In this document: in pieces, positions 56,214 to 64,000 of the stretch
How the letters are laid out: each line of letters begins with the position of its first letter
Position numbering within the stretch: the first letter of the stretch is position 1
Origin: Clostridiaceae bacterium
GTDB taxonomy: Bacteria; Bacillota; Clostridia; Saccharofermentanales; DTU023
DNA: 64,000 nucleotides
Assembly (NCBI GenBank): GCA_012522435.1
Contig: JAAYKK010000096.1
Coordinates: 13,773 to 77,772 of the forward strand
Reading direction: 5' to 3'
Translations under genes and position numbers: made by a program
The notes under the pieces: generated by a model
Seen by the model: the letters and a program-made list of their open reading frames with translations, nothing else
What the model was told of the DNA's origin: nothing
The model's database searches: none

Positions 56214-57200
56214 TTATTCTGTAAATTCTGTTTCTTTAGCTAGACCAAAAAAATCCTGCCAAGAAAAGCTTTCTTTTTTCCCTACCTGAGATTTAAATTG
56301 ATATTCAACTTTTTCAACCCGATAATTATTGATGATTGCTTTACCTAATGCCAAATCATCATAGATCGCGAACTTTGCTAAGAAATCTTCTAATTCTATA
56401 TTATTTTCGAGCAAATGATTGATGATATGTGACATAAAACGCCTATTATCCGGCATAATTAGATCTGAAATCAAACGTATTTCAGGCCAATTGAAATGTG
56501 GGTAGGGTAGAATAGAAATATCAGATTCCCGCTCAATGATTAAATCTTGGGCTAGTTTTTGACCCGGTAGTTTCTGATCTGCCAAAACCTCACATAGTTC
56601 TGTCAATGATTTTGCTAATCGATTATCAGGATAAATAAACTGCCAAGTGATCCAGCCATGAAAATACAAAGATTTGCTCGCTCTCAATCTGATAATTGTT
56701 TTGATTCTCTCTGCCGTAATTGGTTTATGCGTAGTTGCGAGAACCGGAAAAAGCAAGGCCAACTCTTTATGAGTTAAACTGTAAGCAAAATCGTGCAATT
56801 TCTCTTCATTATTTGCTTTACGTAATTGGGCAATCAGCCAGTTGCGATGTGTAGGCTTAATTTTCATTTGTCTTTCACGCGGCAAGGAATGAATTGTTTT
56901 TGCTTTTTCGACTAATTGATCAAGTGTGAGATCACTTATTCGAACCAGTTTAGCTTGAGCGGGTTCGCGTTTACGGAGTCTTGAATGTTCAATTCGTCTG
57001 ACATTTATTTTAGGTTTGCTTTGATGCAGAATTCGTTTGGGAACGATTTTTCTGATTGCATTAGCTTTTTTGTCCTTAGTAGATATTTCTGATTCAGCAG
57101 AAACATCTTTAAGAGGATCCGCTTGTTCTTGCCTTGGTTTAACCGGATCATTTTCTGCAGCATCATCGGGAATATTTAATTTGAACCTTCTTATTGACAT
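56214..57200 (-). CDS. Hypothetical protein, basic disordered N-terminus plus ~230-aa helical domain, no recognisable family
   Basis: 328 aa with no TM helix. The start ATG lies 3 nt after the stop of the upstream minus-strand gene (TAAtttATG), so the two are translationally coupled. The N-terminal ~100 aa are rich in K/R/P/E. Confidence 0.6.
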   Translation of the reverse strand: MSIRRFKLNIPDDAAENDPVKPRQEQADPLKDVSAESEISTKDKKANAIRKIVPKRILHQSKPKINVRRIEHSRLRKREPAQAKLVRISDLTLDQLVEKAKTIHSLPRERQMKIKPTHRNWLIAQLRKANNEEKLHDFAYSLTHKELALLFPVLATTHKPITAERIKTIIRLRASKSLYFHGWITWQFIYPDNRLAKSLTELCEVLADQKLPGQKLAQDLIIERESDISILPYPHFNWPEIRLISDLIMPDNRRFMSHIINHLLENNIELEDFLAKFAIYDDLALGKAIINNYRVEKVEYQFKSQVGKKESFSWQDFFGLAKETEFTE

Positions 57201-57203
57201 AAA

Positions 57204-58742
57204 TTACTTATCTTTTCCTGGATCAGAGCTTAATGCTAGAGGCAGAGCTTCTACTGCGTCTCTGATTTCAGCTGTCGTATAAATTAATCTTTCAACTACA
57301 TCGGCCAAAGCTTGCTCAAAATCGGTCAAGGTCTTCTTGACATTGTCGGCGGATTTTTCTTTGAAGCCGGTGGTCGCTTGATTGATTGAACTATCAATTT
57401 TTCCTAATTCGTTAACCAGTCCGTTCATTTTCTCAAGCAAGAGTTCTGATTGTTTCTCTTGTTGATCTTTTAACTTACTGCTCATGCTCATGGTTGATTC
57501 AGATTGAGCAATACTTGTGTTGAGAGTTTCCAGAGAATTTTTTAAAGCAAGCTCCAGACTGCCGATCTGTTCTTTTAAGTTTGCATCTTCTCCGGCATAA
57601 ACTGTGGTCATTTTTTCAGTTACACTGGAAATAACTTCCAAGTAGTCGGCCATCGTTGCCATTTCATTAGCAATATCATTTTTAGCAACTGTCATCAATT
57701 CAATAGACTCAGACACCTCACGACTTAAGAGAATATTTTGTTGACGTGAATTTTCTAAAATTGCAATTGAATCTTGAATGAAATTCATGGTTTCATCCAT
57801 TAAGGAATTGAAAGAGGACATTTCTTCTTCTAAACTATTAAAGTTCTTGCTCATAGCCAGAGTTAATTCATCCGAAAAGTTTTTTGCTAATTCAGCCATT
57901 CCTTCATTTTGTTTATGAGATAATTCCTCTGTCAGATCAGCTAATAACTGAGTTGATTGATTGATCGGAGGTGCAATTTCTTCTTGCATAATATCTTTAA
58001 TCGTTGAGCTGATATTGTCTTTGAAATCATCGGAGACAAAACTTTCTAAATTAGAATTGAATTCCGTCATTGCATTATTGATTGATTCTTCATGACCGGT
58101 CATTTCATTAACCAAGAGTGCTAATCCTGCTTTATCGGAATACACCGGCAGATATCTTTCAATTTCTTGTTTTAAACTATCAATAACCATCAGAGTTCTC
58201 TGTCGTAAAACACTGCGATGGTTGATCAAGAAAAGGCTGACTAATGTACCGACAATAAAAGGTAAAATAACCAGCAGCTTGTTGATTTGAAAAGCTTGAG
58301 GATTAATTTCCGGTACAATAGCCAAAACTAAACTTGCAATTAAACCACAAGTAAAGATCAAAATTGACGGAGTAAATTGCAAGCTTGATTTAAGTTGAGG
58401 TTCAGCTAAGTTATTAAAATTAAGTTCATTATCAAGTTCAGGCAACCATTTACCTTGATATTTCTCTTTGCTATCGTTGATCAGGTTATGAATACTTTTG
58501 CTTAAAAGCAAAGAATCTGATTCATCTGCATAGAGTTCTAATTCGGTGATATGGTTAATGTTGCAACCGTCTAGCAGATCCAATTTTTCTATCATCTCAT
58601 AGATGGATTCTCTTAATCTATTTAGTTGTTTATTACTTACAATTATATAAATAATTCCTGCCAGAATTAAAACTGCAGGAATACCTACCAGAAAAATCCA
58701 CTCAAAACCGGATATTGCCAAGGTGCTGATTAAGGTTTGCAT
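57204..58742 (-). CDS. Membrane protein: TM1, ~85-aa cytoplasmic segment, TM2-TM3 hairpin, ~335-aa cytoplasmic coiled-coil tail; function unknown
   Basis: 512 aa. Consensus AGGAGG SD 6 nt upstream. Hydrophobic segments at about residues 13-35, 120-142 and 153-174. K/R clusters after TM1 (SNKQLNRLR) and after TM3 (NHRSVLRQR) place both soluble parts in the cytoplasm. The C-terminus is heptad-like and rich in N/S/E/L/M. Confidence 0.65.
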   Translation of the reverse strand: MQTLISTLAISGFEWIFLVGIPAVLILAGIIYIIVSNKQLNRLRESIYEMIEKLDLLDGCNINHITELELYADESDSLLLSKSIHNLINDSKEKYQGKWLPELDNELNFNNLAEPQLKSSLQFTPSILIFTCGLIASLVLAIVPEINPQAFQINKLLVILPFIVGTLVSLFLINHRSVLRQRTLMVIDSLKQEIERYLPVYSDKAGLALLVNEMTGHEESINNAMTEFNSNLESFVSDDFKDNISSTIKDIMQEEIAPPINQSTQLLADLTEELSHKQNEGMAELAKNFSDELTLAMSKNFNSLEEEMSSFNSLMDETMNFIQDSIAILENSRQQNILLSREVSESIELMTVAKNDIANEMATMADYLEVISSVTEKMTTVYAGEDANLKEQIGSLELALKNSLETLNTSIAQSESTMSMSSKLKDQQEKQSELLLEKMNGLVNELGKIDSSINQATTGFKEKSADNVKKTLTDFEQALADVVERLIYTTAEIRDAVEALPLALSSDPGKDK

Positions 58743-58797
58743 TTATAGCCTCCTAATATTCATCGTTACTAAAGTTTCTTTATAATATGATACTCAA

Positions 58798-58826
58798 TTG
58801 ACATAGTATAAAGCAATAACTAGAAT
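58798..58826 (+). promoter_or_regulatory. Sigma-A type promoter of pyrG
   Basis: TTGACA (58798-58803), 17-nt spacer, TAGAAT (58821-58826). This lies about 35 nt upstream of the pyrG ATG. Confidence 0.65.
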
Positions 58827-58861
58827 AATGAAATGAATTGAAATCTGGGCGAGGAGGTTTT

Positions 58862-60511
58862 ATGTCCACTAAATACATTTTTGTAACCGGTGGTGTTGTA
58901 TCAGGTCTTGGTAAAGGAATTACTGCTGCAGCTCTCGGTGCTTTATTAAAAGCGCGCGGTTTAAGTGTTGTTACTCAAAAATTTGATCCCTACATTAATG
59001 TCGATCCTGCACTGATGAGTCCTACTCAACATGGTGAGAAATTTATCACCGAAGATGGTGCCGAGACTGACCTTGATATAGGACATTACGAAAGATTTAC
59101 CGATGTTAATCTTACTGCTGAATCTGACATTACATCGGGGCAGATTTATCAAGCAGTAATCAAGAGAGAACGTGAAGGTGGCTACGACGGAGGTACAGTA
59201 CAAGTTGTACCCCATATAATTAATGAAATTAAAGATCATATGTTTCGCATTTCTCGCAATGAACCGACAGATGTTGTTATTGCAGAGATCGGTGGAACGA
59301 TCGGTGATATGGAAGGCACTCCTTATATTGAAGCGATCCGCCAAGTCAGTTATCAGGTCGGACGCGAAAATTGTCTTTTCATTCATGTGACTTTACTACC
59401 TTATTTAAATAATCCGGGTGAAATTAAAACCAAACCTACTCAACACAGCGTCCAGAAATTACTCTCATATGGTGTACAGCCTGACATTCTGGTCTGTCGG
59501 ACAGAAGTTCCTTTAGATAATTCAATCAAACAAAAAATAGCTTTATATTGTAATGTTAAAGTTGAAAATGTAATCGAAAACCTAGATGTTCCTACAGTTT
59601 ATGAGCTACCGCTTTATTTTGAAAAACAAGGTTTAGCCAATGTAGTTTGCAAACATTTAGGCATAGCTCAATTTGTCGAACCTGACTTATCGCTCTGGAA
59701 ACGTCTGAATGAAGAGATCAGATATACCACGCGCAAAATAAAAATCGCTTTAGTCGGCAAATACGTTTCCCTACAAGATGCTTATTATTCAGTCTTAGAA
59801 GCAATTGATCATGCATCAATTGCTCAAGGTGCTTCGCCGGAAATTGTTTGGGTGGATAGTGATCCTTTAGAAGAAGTCACAGAAGAACAGTTGAATGAGA
59901 CTTTTGCAGATATTGATGCAATGATTATTCCCGGTGGATTTGGACCTCGGGGTATGGAGGGTATGATCCGAGCTGCGGAATATGCCAGAGTTAATAACAT
60001 TCCATTTCTAGGGATAGGCCTGGGTATGCAGATGGGAGTGGTTGAAATTGCCAGAAATCTTGCCCGGATTAAAGATGCTCATACTGATGAGTGTGAAAGA
60101 CCATGTTCCGATATTTTCTACTATGCCGGACTATCTGACGAACAAGCGGAGTCTTTGTCAGAAATTCCTTTACCTGATCAACCTATGCGATTAGGTGCGT
60201 ATCCGATGGTAATTCAAGAGAACACTAAATTATATGAAATATATAAAAGTACAGAAGCTTCTGAGCGTCATCATCATAGAAGAGAATTCAATCTAGCTTG
60301 GCAAGGTCCTTTATTACAAACGGGTCTGGTTTTCAGTGCTATTTCTCCTGACGGTAAATGGATAGAGGCGGTGGAGCTACCGGAACATCCATTTTATATC
60401 GGGATGATCTCACATCCGGAATTCAAATCTCGTCCGATCAAACCACATCCCTTGTATAATGCATTTATAGAAGCTACTTTAAGATATAAAAAATTAAAAC
60501 CGGATAGCTAA
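58862..60511 (+). CDS. pyrG: CTP synthase
   Basis: [20 protein letters not shown]-terminus and a C-terminal type-1 glutamine amidotransferase domain. I moved the start to ATG 58862 after a GAGGAGG SD. The GATase nucleophile position reads GIGLGMQ rather than GICLGMQ (see findings). Confidence 0.93.
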   Translation: MSTKYIFVTGGVVSGLGKGITAAALGALLKARGLSVVTQKFDPYINVDPALMSPTQHGEKFITEDGAETDLDIGHYERFTDVNLTAESDITSGQIYQAVIKREREGGYDGGTVQVVPHIINEIKDHMFRISRNEPTDVVIAEIGGTIGDMEGTPYIEAIRQVSYQVGRENCLFIHVTLLPYLNNPGEIKTKPTQHSVQKLLSYGVQPDILVCRTEVPLDNSIKQKIALYCNVKVENVIENLDVPTVYELPLYFEKQGLANVVCKHLGIAQFVEPDLSLWKRLNEEIRYTTRKIKIALVGKYVSLQDAYYSVLEAIDHASIAQGASPEIVWVDSDPLEEVTEEQLNETFADIDAMIIPGGFGPRGMEGMIRAAEYARVNNIPFLGIGLGMQMGVVEIARNLARIKDAHTDECERPCSDIFYYAGLSDEQAESLSEIPLPDQPMRLGAYPMVIQENTKLYEIYKSTEASERHHHRREFNLAWQGPLLQTGLVFSAISPDGKWIEAVELPEHPFYIGMISHPEFKSRPIKPHPLYNAFIEATLRYKKLKPDS

Positions 60512-60522
60512 GGAGGCTTAAT

Positions 60523-62028
60523 ATGGCATTTATTTATCAAGAATTATCTCGTACCTTCAGTGAATATCTTTTGGTGCCTAATTTAACAGAAAAAAATTGT
60601 GTCCCGTCCAATGTTTCACTTAAGACACCTTTAATCAAATATAAAAAAGGTGAAGAAGAAAGCCCGATCAGCTTAAATATTCCTTTTACATCAGCTATTA
60701 TGCAGTCCGTATCAAACGATGGAATGGCGATTGCTTTAGCCAGATCAGGCGGTCTGTCTTTTGTCTATGGTTCACAGCCAATCGAAAGCCAGGCGGAGAT
60801 GATCAAAAATGTCAAAAAATTTAAAGCCGGTTTTGTTCCGAGCGATAGTAATTTGCCACCTGAAGCTACAGTTACCGATGTAATTAAATTAAAAGAAAAA
60901 ACAGGACACTCAACAGTGCCGATTACTTCAGACGGCAGCTCGACCGGCAAACTTCTAGGAATTGTTACCAGTAGGGACTACCGTATTTCAAGAATCAAAG
61001 GCGATGAAAAAGTCAAAGACTTCATGACCCCGATCGAAAATATGATTTATGCTGAAGAAGGCATCACATTAAGTGAAGCTAACGATATTATTTGGGATCA
61101 TAAATTAAATCAATTACCTATTGTTGATAAAAGCGGTAGGCTCACCAGCTTAGTTTTTAGAAAAGACTATGATGAGCATAAACAGAATCCTTATGAAATG
61201 CTCGATCATGGTAAACGTTTGATGGTCGGAGCCGGAATTAATAGTCGTGATTATGCAGAAAGAGTTCCGGCTTTGGTTGATGCAGGAGTTGATGTACTCT
61301 GTATTGACTCTTCGGACGGCTTTTCTGAATGGCAACAGGAAACGATTCAATGGGTAAGAGATAGATACGGCGAAGATGTTTATATTGGAGCAGGTAATGT
61401 AATTGATGCTGAAGGTTTCCGTTATTTAGTTGAAGCCGGAGCCGATTTTATCAAAGTCGGTATTGGTGGAGGTTCCATTTGTATCACCCGCGAACAAAAG
61501 GGTATCGGACGTGGTCAGGCTTCTGCAGTTATTACTGTAGCCAAAGCGCGAGACGAATATTTCGAAGAAACCGGAATATATGTACCGATTTGTTCAGATG
61601 GTGGTATAGTATATGACTACCACATGACTTTGGCCTTAGCCATGGGTGCAGATTTCTTAATGCTCGGACGTTATTTTGCCAGATTTGATGAAAGTCCGAC
61701 CAGAAGACTTGTGGTCAACGGCACATACGTCAAAGAATATTGGGGTGAAGGCTCTAATCGAGCACGTAATTGGCATAGATATGATGATGGTGAACATGAA
61801 GGCAAAATGCTATTTGAAGAAGGCGTTGACTCTTATGTTCCTTATGCTGGAAAACTGAAGGATAATGTGGATAACTCGGTTGCAAAAATGAAAGCAACCA
61901 TGTGTTCATGCGGCTCGATCACTTTGGATGAGTTCAAAGATAAAGCACGTCTGGTAGTTGTTTCCCCGACAAGTATTGTTGAAGGTGGAGCACATGACGT
62001 TATTCGCAAAGAAAGTGATCGTCCTTAG
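60523..62028 (+). CDS. guaB: IMP dehydrogenase (IMPDH/GMPR family, with CBS pair)
   Basis: 501 aa. TIM barrel with catalytic loop [12 protein letters not shown], a CBS subdomain (about residues 100-215) and the GGIVYDYH phosphate-binding segment. Confidence 0.85.
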   Translation: MAFIYQELSRTFSEYLLVPNLTEKNCVPSNVSLKTPLIKYKKGEEESPISLNIPFTSAIMQSVSNDGMAIALARSGGLSFVYGSQPIESQAEMIKNVKKFKAGFVPSDSNLPPEATVTDVIKLKEKTGHSTVPITSDGSSTGKLLGIVTSRDYRISRIKGDEKVKDFMTPIENMIYAEEGITLSEANDIIWDHKLNQLPIVDKSGRLTSLVFRKDYDEHKQNPYEMLDHGKRLMVGAGINSRDYAERVPALVDAGVDVLCIDSSDGFSEWQQETIQWVRDRYGEDVYIGAGNVIDAEGFRYLVEAGADFIKVGIGGGSICITREQKGIGRGQASAVITVAKARDEYFEETGIYVPICSDGGIVYDYHMTLALAMGADFLMLGRYFARFDESPTRRLVVNGTYVKEYWGEGSNRARNWHRYDDGEHEGKMLFEEGVDSYVPYAGKLKDNVDNSVAKMKATMCSCGSITLDEFKDKARLVVVSPTSIVEGGAHDVIRKESDRP

Positions 62029-62106
62029 ATATTAGTATAAATATACTTTGAAAAATATATAAAAAAATCAATTGATATAAATATCTACAAAGAGAGGTAT
62101 TAATAA

Positions 62107-62583
62107 ATGTCACAAAAAGTTTATGAACTGACATATGAAGGAATCAAAGAATTACAAGATGAACTTGAATATCGTAAAACTGAATTGGCTATAGAGATAG
62201 CGGAGAGATTAAAAGAAGCTCGTGCTTTAGGAGATTTGTCAGAAAACTCCGAATATGACGATGCAAAAGATGCTCAAGCTAAAAATGAAGTCAGAATAGC
62301 CGATATCGAAGCAATCTTGAAAAATGCCAAGGTTATTGACGACACTGAAATTTCCAGTGAACAGGTAACTTTAGGCTCAAAAGTTAAATTACTTGATGTG
62401 GAATTTGATGAAGAATTGGTCTACACAATTGTTGGATCATTAGAAGAAGATATATTTAAAAATAAAATCTCCAACGAGTCCCCGGTAGGCAGTGCAATTA
62501 TGGGCTGTAAAGCCGGTGAAACTGTCAAAGTAGTATCTTTAGCCGGTGAATTGGAATATAAAATTTTAGAGATTAACAAATAG
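62107..62583 (+). CDS. greA: Transcription elongation factor GreA
   Basis: 158 aa. N-terminal coiled coil with GDLSENSEYDDAK acidic tip. C-terminal FKBP-like domain (SNESPVGSAIMG). Confidence 0.95.
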   Translation: MSQKVYELTYEGIKELQDELEYRKTELAIEIAERLKEARALGDLSENSEYDDAKDAQAKNEVRIADIEAILKNAKVIDDTEISSEQVTLGSKVKLLDVEFDEELVYTIVGSLEEDIFKNKISNESPVGSAIMGCKAGETVKVVSLAGELEYKILEINK

Positions 62584-62639
62584 ATTAAACCAAACTCAAC
62601 TGAACTGTTAATAGATTAACTCAAGAAATAGAGGCGAAT

Positions 62640-64000
62640 ATGAGTAAAGAGGCAAAAGATCCTCAAGTTAATGCTGCAGAAGAAAAAGAAAATATTCAGG
62701 AACAGGTTGCAAATCGCATCAATAAGCTGACCGAATTAGAACAGCAAGGCAATAATCCTTTTTGGATAACTACAGCTGAACAGACCCACCACAGTCAAGA
62801 GATCATTGACAATTATGATCAATTAGAGGGTACAGAAGTTTCTGTTGCCGGTAGAATTATGGCTAAAAGAGGTATGGGTAAGGTAAGTTTTGTTGATTTG
62901 CAGGATCGACAAGGAAATATCCAGATTTTTACCAGATTTGATGCTTTAGAGGAAGAAGAATATAAAGCTTGGCAAAATCTCGATTTAGGAGATTTGGTCA
63001 GTCTTAGAGGTGAGGTTTTTACCACAAATAAAGGCGAAATATCCGTCCGCAATCATGGTTATCAACTACTTGCCAAGTGTTTCAGACCTTTACCTGAGAA
63101 GTTTCACGGTTTAACCGATACGGACACCAGATACCGGAAGAGATATCTCGACTTAATTGTTAACCCTGAAATAAAAGAAGTTTTCGAAAAACGCAGCAAA
63201 ATCATAACCGCGCTCAGACATGAACTGGAAAATTTGGATTTCATTGAAGTTGAGACTCCAATCTTAAATCTGATTGCCGGTGGTGCGGCGGCCAGACCTT
63301 TTGTGACACATCATAATACTTTGGATCTTGATTTGTTTTTACGTATTTCACCTGAACTCTATTTGAAACGTTTGATTGTTGGTGGTTTTGAAAGGGTTTA
63401 TGAGATCGGTCGTAACTTTAGAAATGAAGGTATGTCAACCAAACATAATCCTGAATTTACAATGATTGAACTCTACCAAGCTTATACAGACTATAATGGC
63501 ATGATGGAGATATCTGAAGATCTGATCAGTAAAGCATGTTTGGCGGTTAATGGAACTTTACAAATTAAATTTGGTGAGCATGAATTGGACTTAAGCCCAC
63601 CATTTGCAAGAATGACCATGCTTGAAGCAATCAAGAAATTCACGGAGGTTGACTTTGAAAATATTACCGATGATCAAGCAGCACAAGCTATTGCCGCAGA
63701 AAAAGGTTTAGCTGAACAAACAGTCGGTATGAGCAGAGGAGAGATAATTAATATCTTCTTTGAAGAATTCTGTGAAGAAAAATTAATTCAGCCGACTTTT
63801 ATTTATGATTATCCGATTGAGATTTCGCCTTTAACCAAAAAGAAAAAATCAGATCCTCGTTTAACTGAAAGATTTGAAATTTTCATTTGTGGCGATGAAT
63901 ATGGTAATGCTTATTCAGAATTAAATGATCCGCGAGATCAACGCGAACGTTTTGTTGAGCAACAAAAACAACGTGATGCAGGTGATGAAGAAGCTAACAT
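62640..64000 (+). CDS. lysS: Lysine--tRNA ligase, class II (3' end beyond window)
   Basis: This ORF is open to the window edge and is not in the track. My own translation gives [11 protein letters not shown]...[29 protein letters not shown] (OB fold) and [20 protein letters not shown] (motif 2 region). The greA-lysS linkage is common in Firmicutes. Confidence 0.9.
   Translation, partial: MSKEAKDPQVNAAEEKENIQEQVANRINKLTELEQQGNNPFWITTAEQTHHSQEIIDNYDQLEGTEVSVAGRIMAKRGMGKVSFVDLQDRQGNIQIFTRFDALEEEEYKAWQNLDLGDLVSLRGEVFTTNKGEISVRNHGYQLLAKCFRPLPEKFHGLTDTDTRYRKRYLDLIVNPEIKEVFEKRSKIITALRHELENLDFIEVETPILNLIAGGAAARPFVTHHNTLDLDLFLRISPELYLKRLIVGGFERVYEIGRNFRNEGMSTKHNPEFTMIELYQAYTDYNGMMEISEDLISKACLAVNGTLQIKFGEHELDLSPPFARMTMLEAIKKFTEVDFENITDDQAAQAIAAEKGLAEQTVGMSRGEIINIFFEEFCEEKLIQPTFIYDYPIEISPLTKKKKSDPRLTERFEIFICGDEYGNAYSELNDPRDQRERFVEQQKQRDAGDEEAN

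Noticed and set aside
57204-58742. Direct annotation of the 512-aa protein as MotA/ExbB/ZorA
   Set aside because: Only the topology matches. I cannot find the MotA_ExbB TM2-TM3 consensus, and there is no MotB/ZorB-type partner. It is kept as a hypothesis in the findings, not as an annotation.
58827-58861. Possible pyrG leader attenuator (B. subtilis-type reiterative-transcription control)
   Set aside because: The leader is only about 35 nt. It contains a GGGC but no terminator hairpin between the promoter and the SD, so attenuation of that type is not supported.
62584-62639. Possible T-box leader upstream of lysS
   Set aside because: The intergenic region is only 56 nt, far too short for a T-box, and no specifier or T-box sequence is seen.
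1-64000. Screen for mobile elements, prophage, integrases, rRNA and toxin-antitoxin pairs
   Set aside because: I recognised no transposase, integrase or recombinase motifs, no terminal inverted repeats, no rRNA-like sequence and no classic small TA gene pairs. The solitary tRNA-Thr has no adjacent integrase or direct repeat of its 3' end that I could find by eye.

Overview
This is an AT-rich, densely packed chromosomal segment of a low-GC Gram-positive (Bacillota-type) bacterium using the standard genetic code. About 58 of 63 protein genes are on the + strand, and most are core housekeeping genes. From left to right the window contains: a sugar-type ABC ATPase; small enzymes (GIY-YIG, CPBP protease, macro domain, glycerate kinase, MBL hydrolase, uridine-kinase-like); trxA, nnr, mscL and ktrBA; a solitary tRNA-Thr(UGU) on the minus strand; a DUF4234/DUF2752 membrane pair; rimP-nusA-infB-rbfA-DHH phosphoesterase-truB-ribF; lgt and rodA; a dcw cluster (mraZ-rsmH-ftsL-like-pbp2B-murF-mraY-ftsW-murG-ftsQ-sbp-ftsZ); nrdR; a two-component system with an HtrA-like protease; nth-recG-rsmD-coaD; ddl; a MecA_N-type PBP; a lipoprotein with a DsrE/YedF-like protein; a YhaO/YhaN-type SbcCD-like pair; pyrG-guaB; greA; and the 5' part of lysS. 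I found no rRNA, CRISPR array, IS element, prophage or integrase. The best candidate for something uncharacterised is the only multi-gene minus-strand block (55540-58742). It includes a translationally coupled pair: a 3-TM protein with a roughly 335-aa cytoplasmic coiled-coil tail, and a protein with a basic N-terminus and no family I can recognise. A 169-aa conserved-looking hypothetical lies next to them. Other points worth a second look: (1) the PyrG glutaminase nucleophile Cys reads as Gly; (2) PBP2B has KTS instead of KTG; (3) an intrinsic terminator sits inside the rimP-nusA leader; (4) phased AAGTGG boxes lie downstream of the mraZ promoter; (5) the dcw cluster lacks murE, murD and ftsA; (6) a perfect 15-bp tandem repeat encodes a QQPGY array. 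All calls come from reading motifs in the supplied translations and the DNA. No database search was run.
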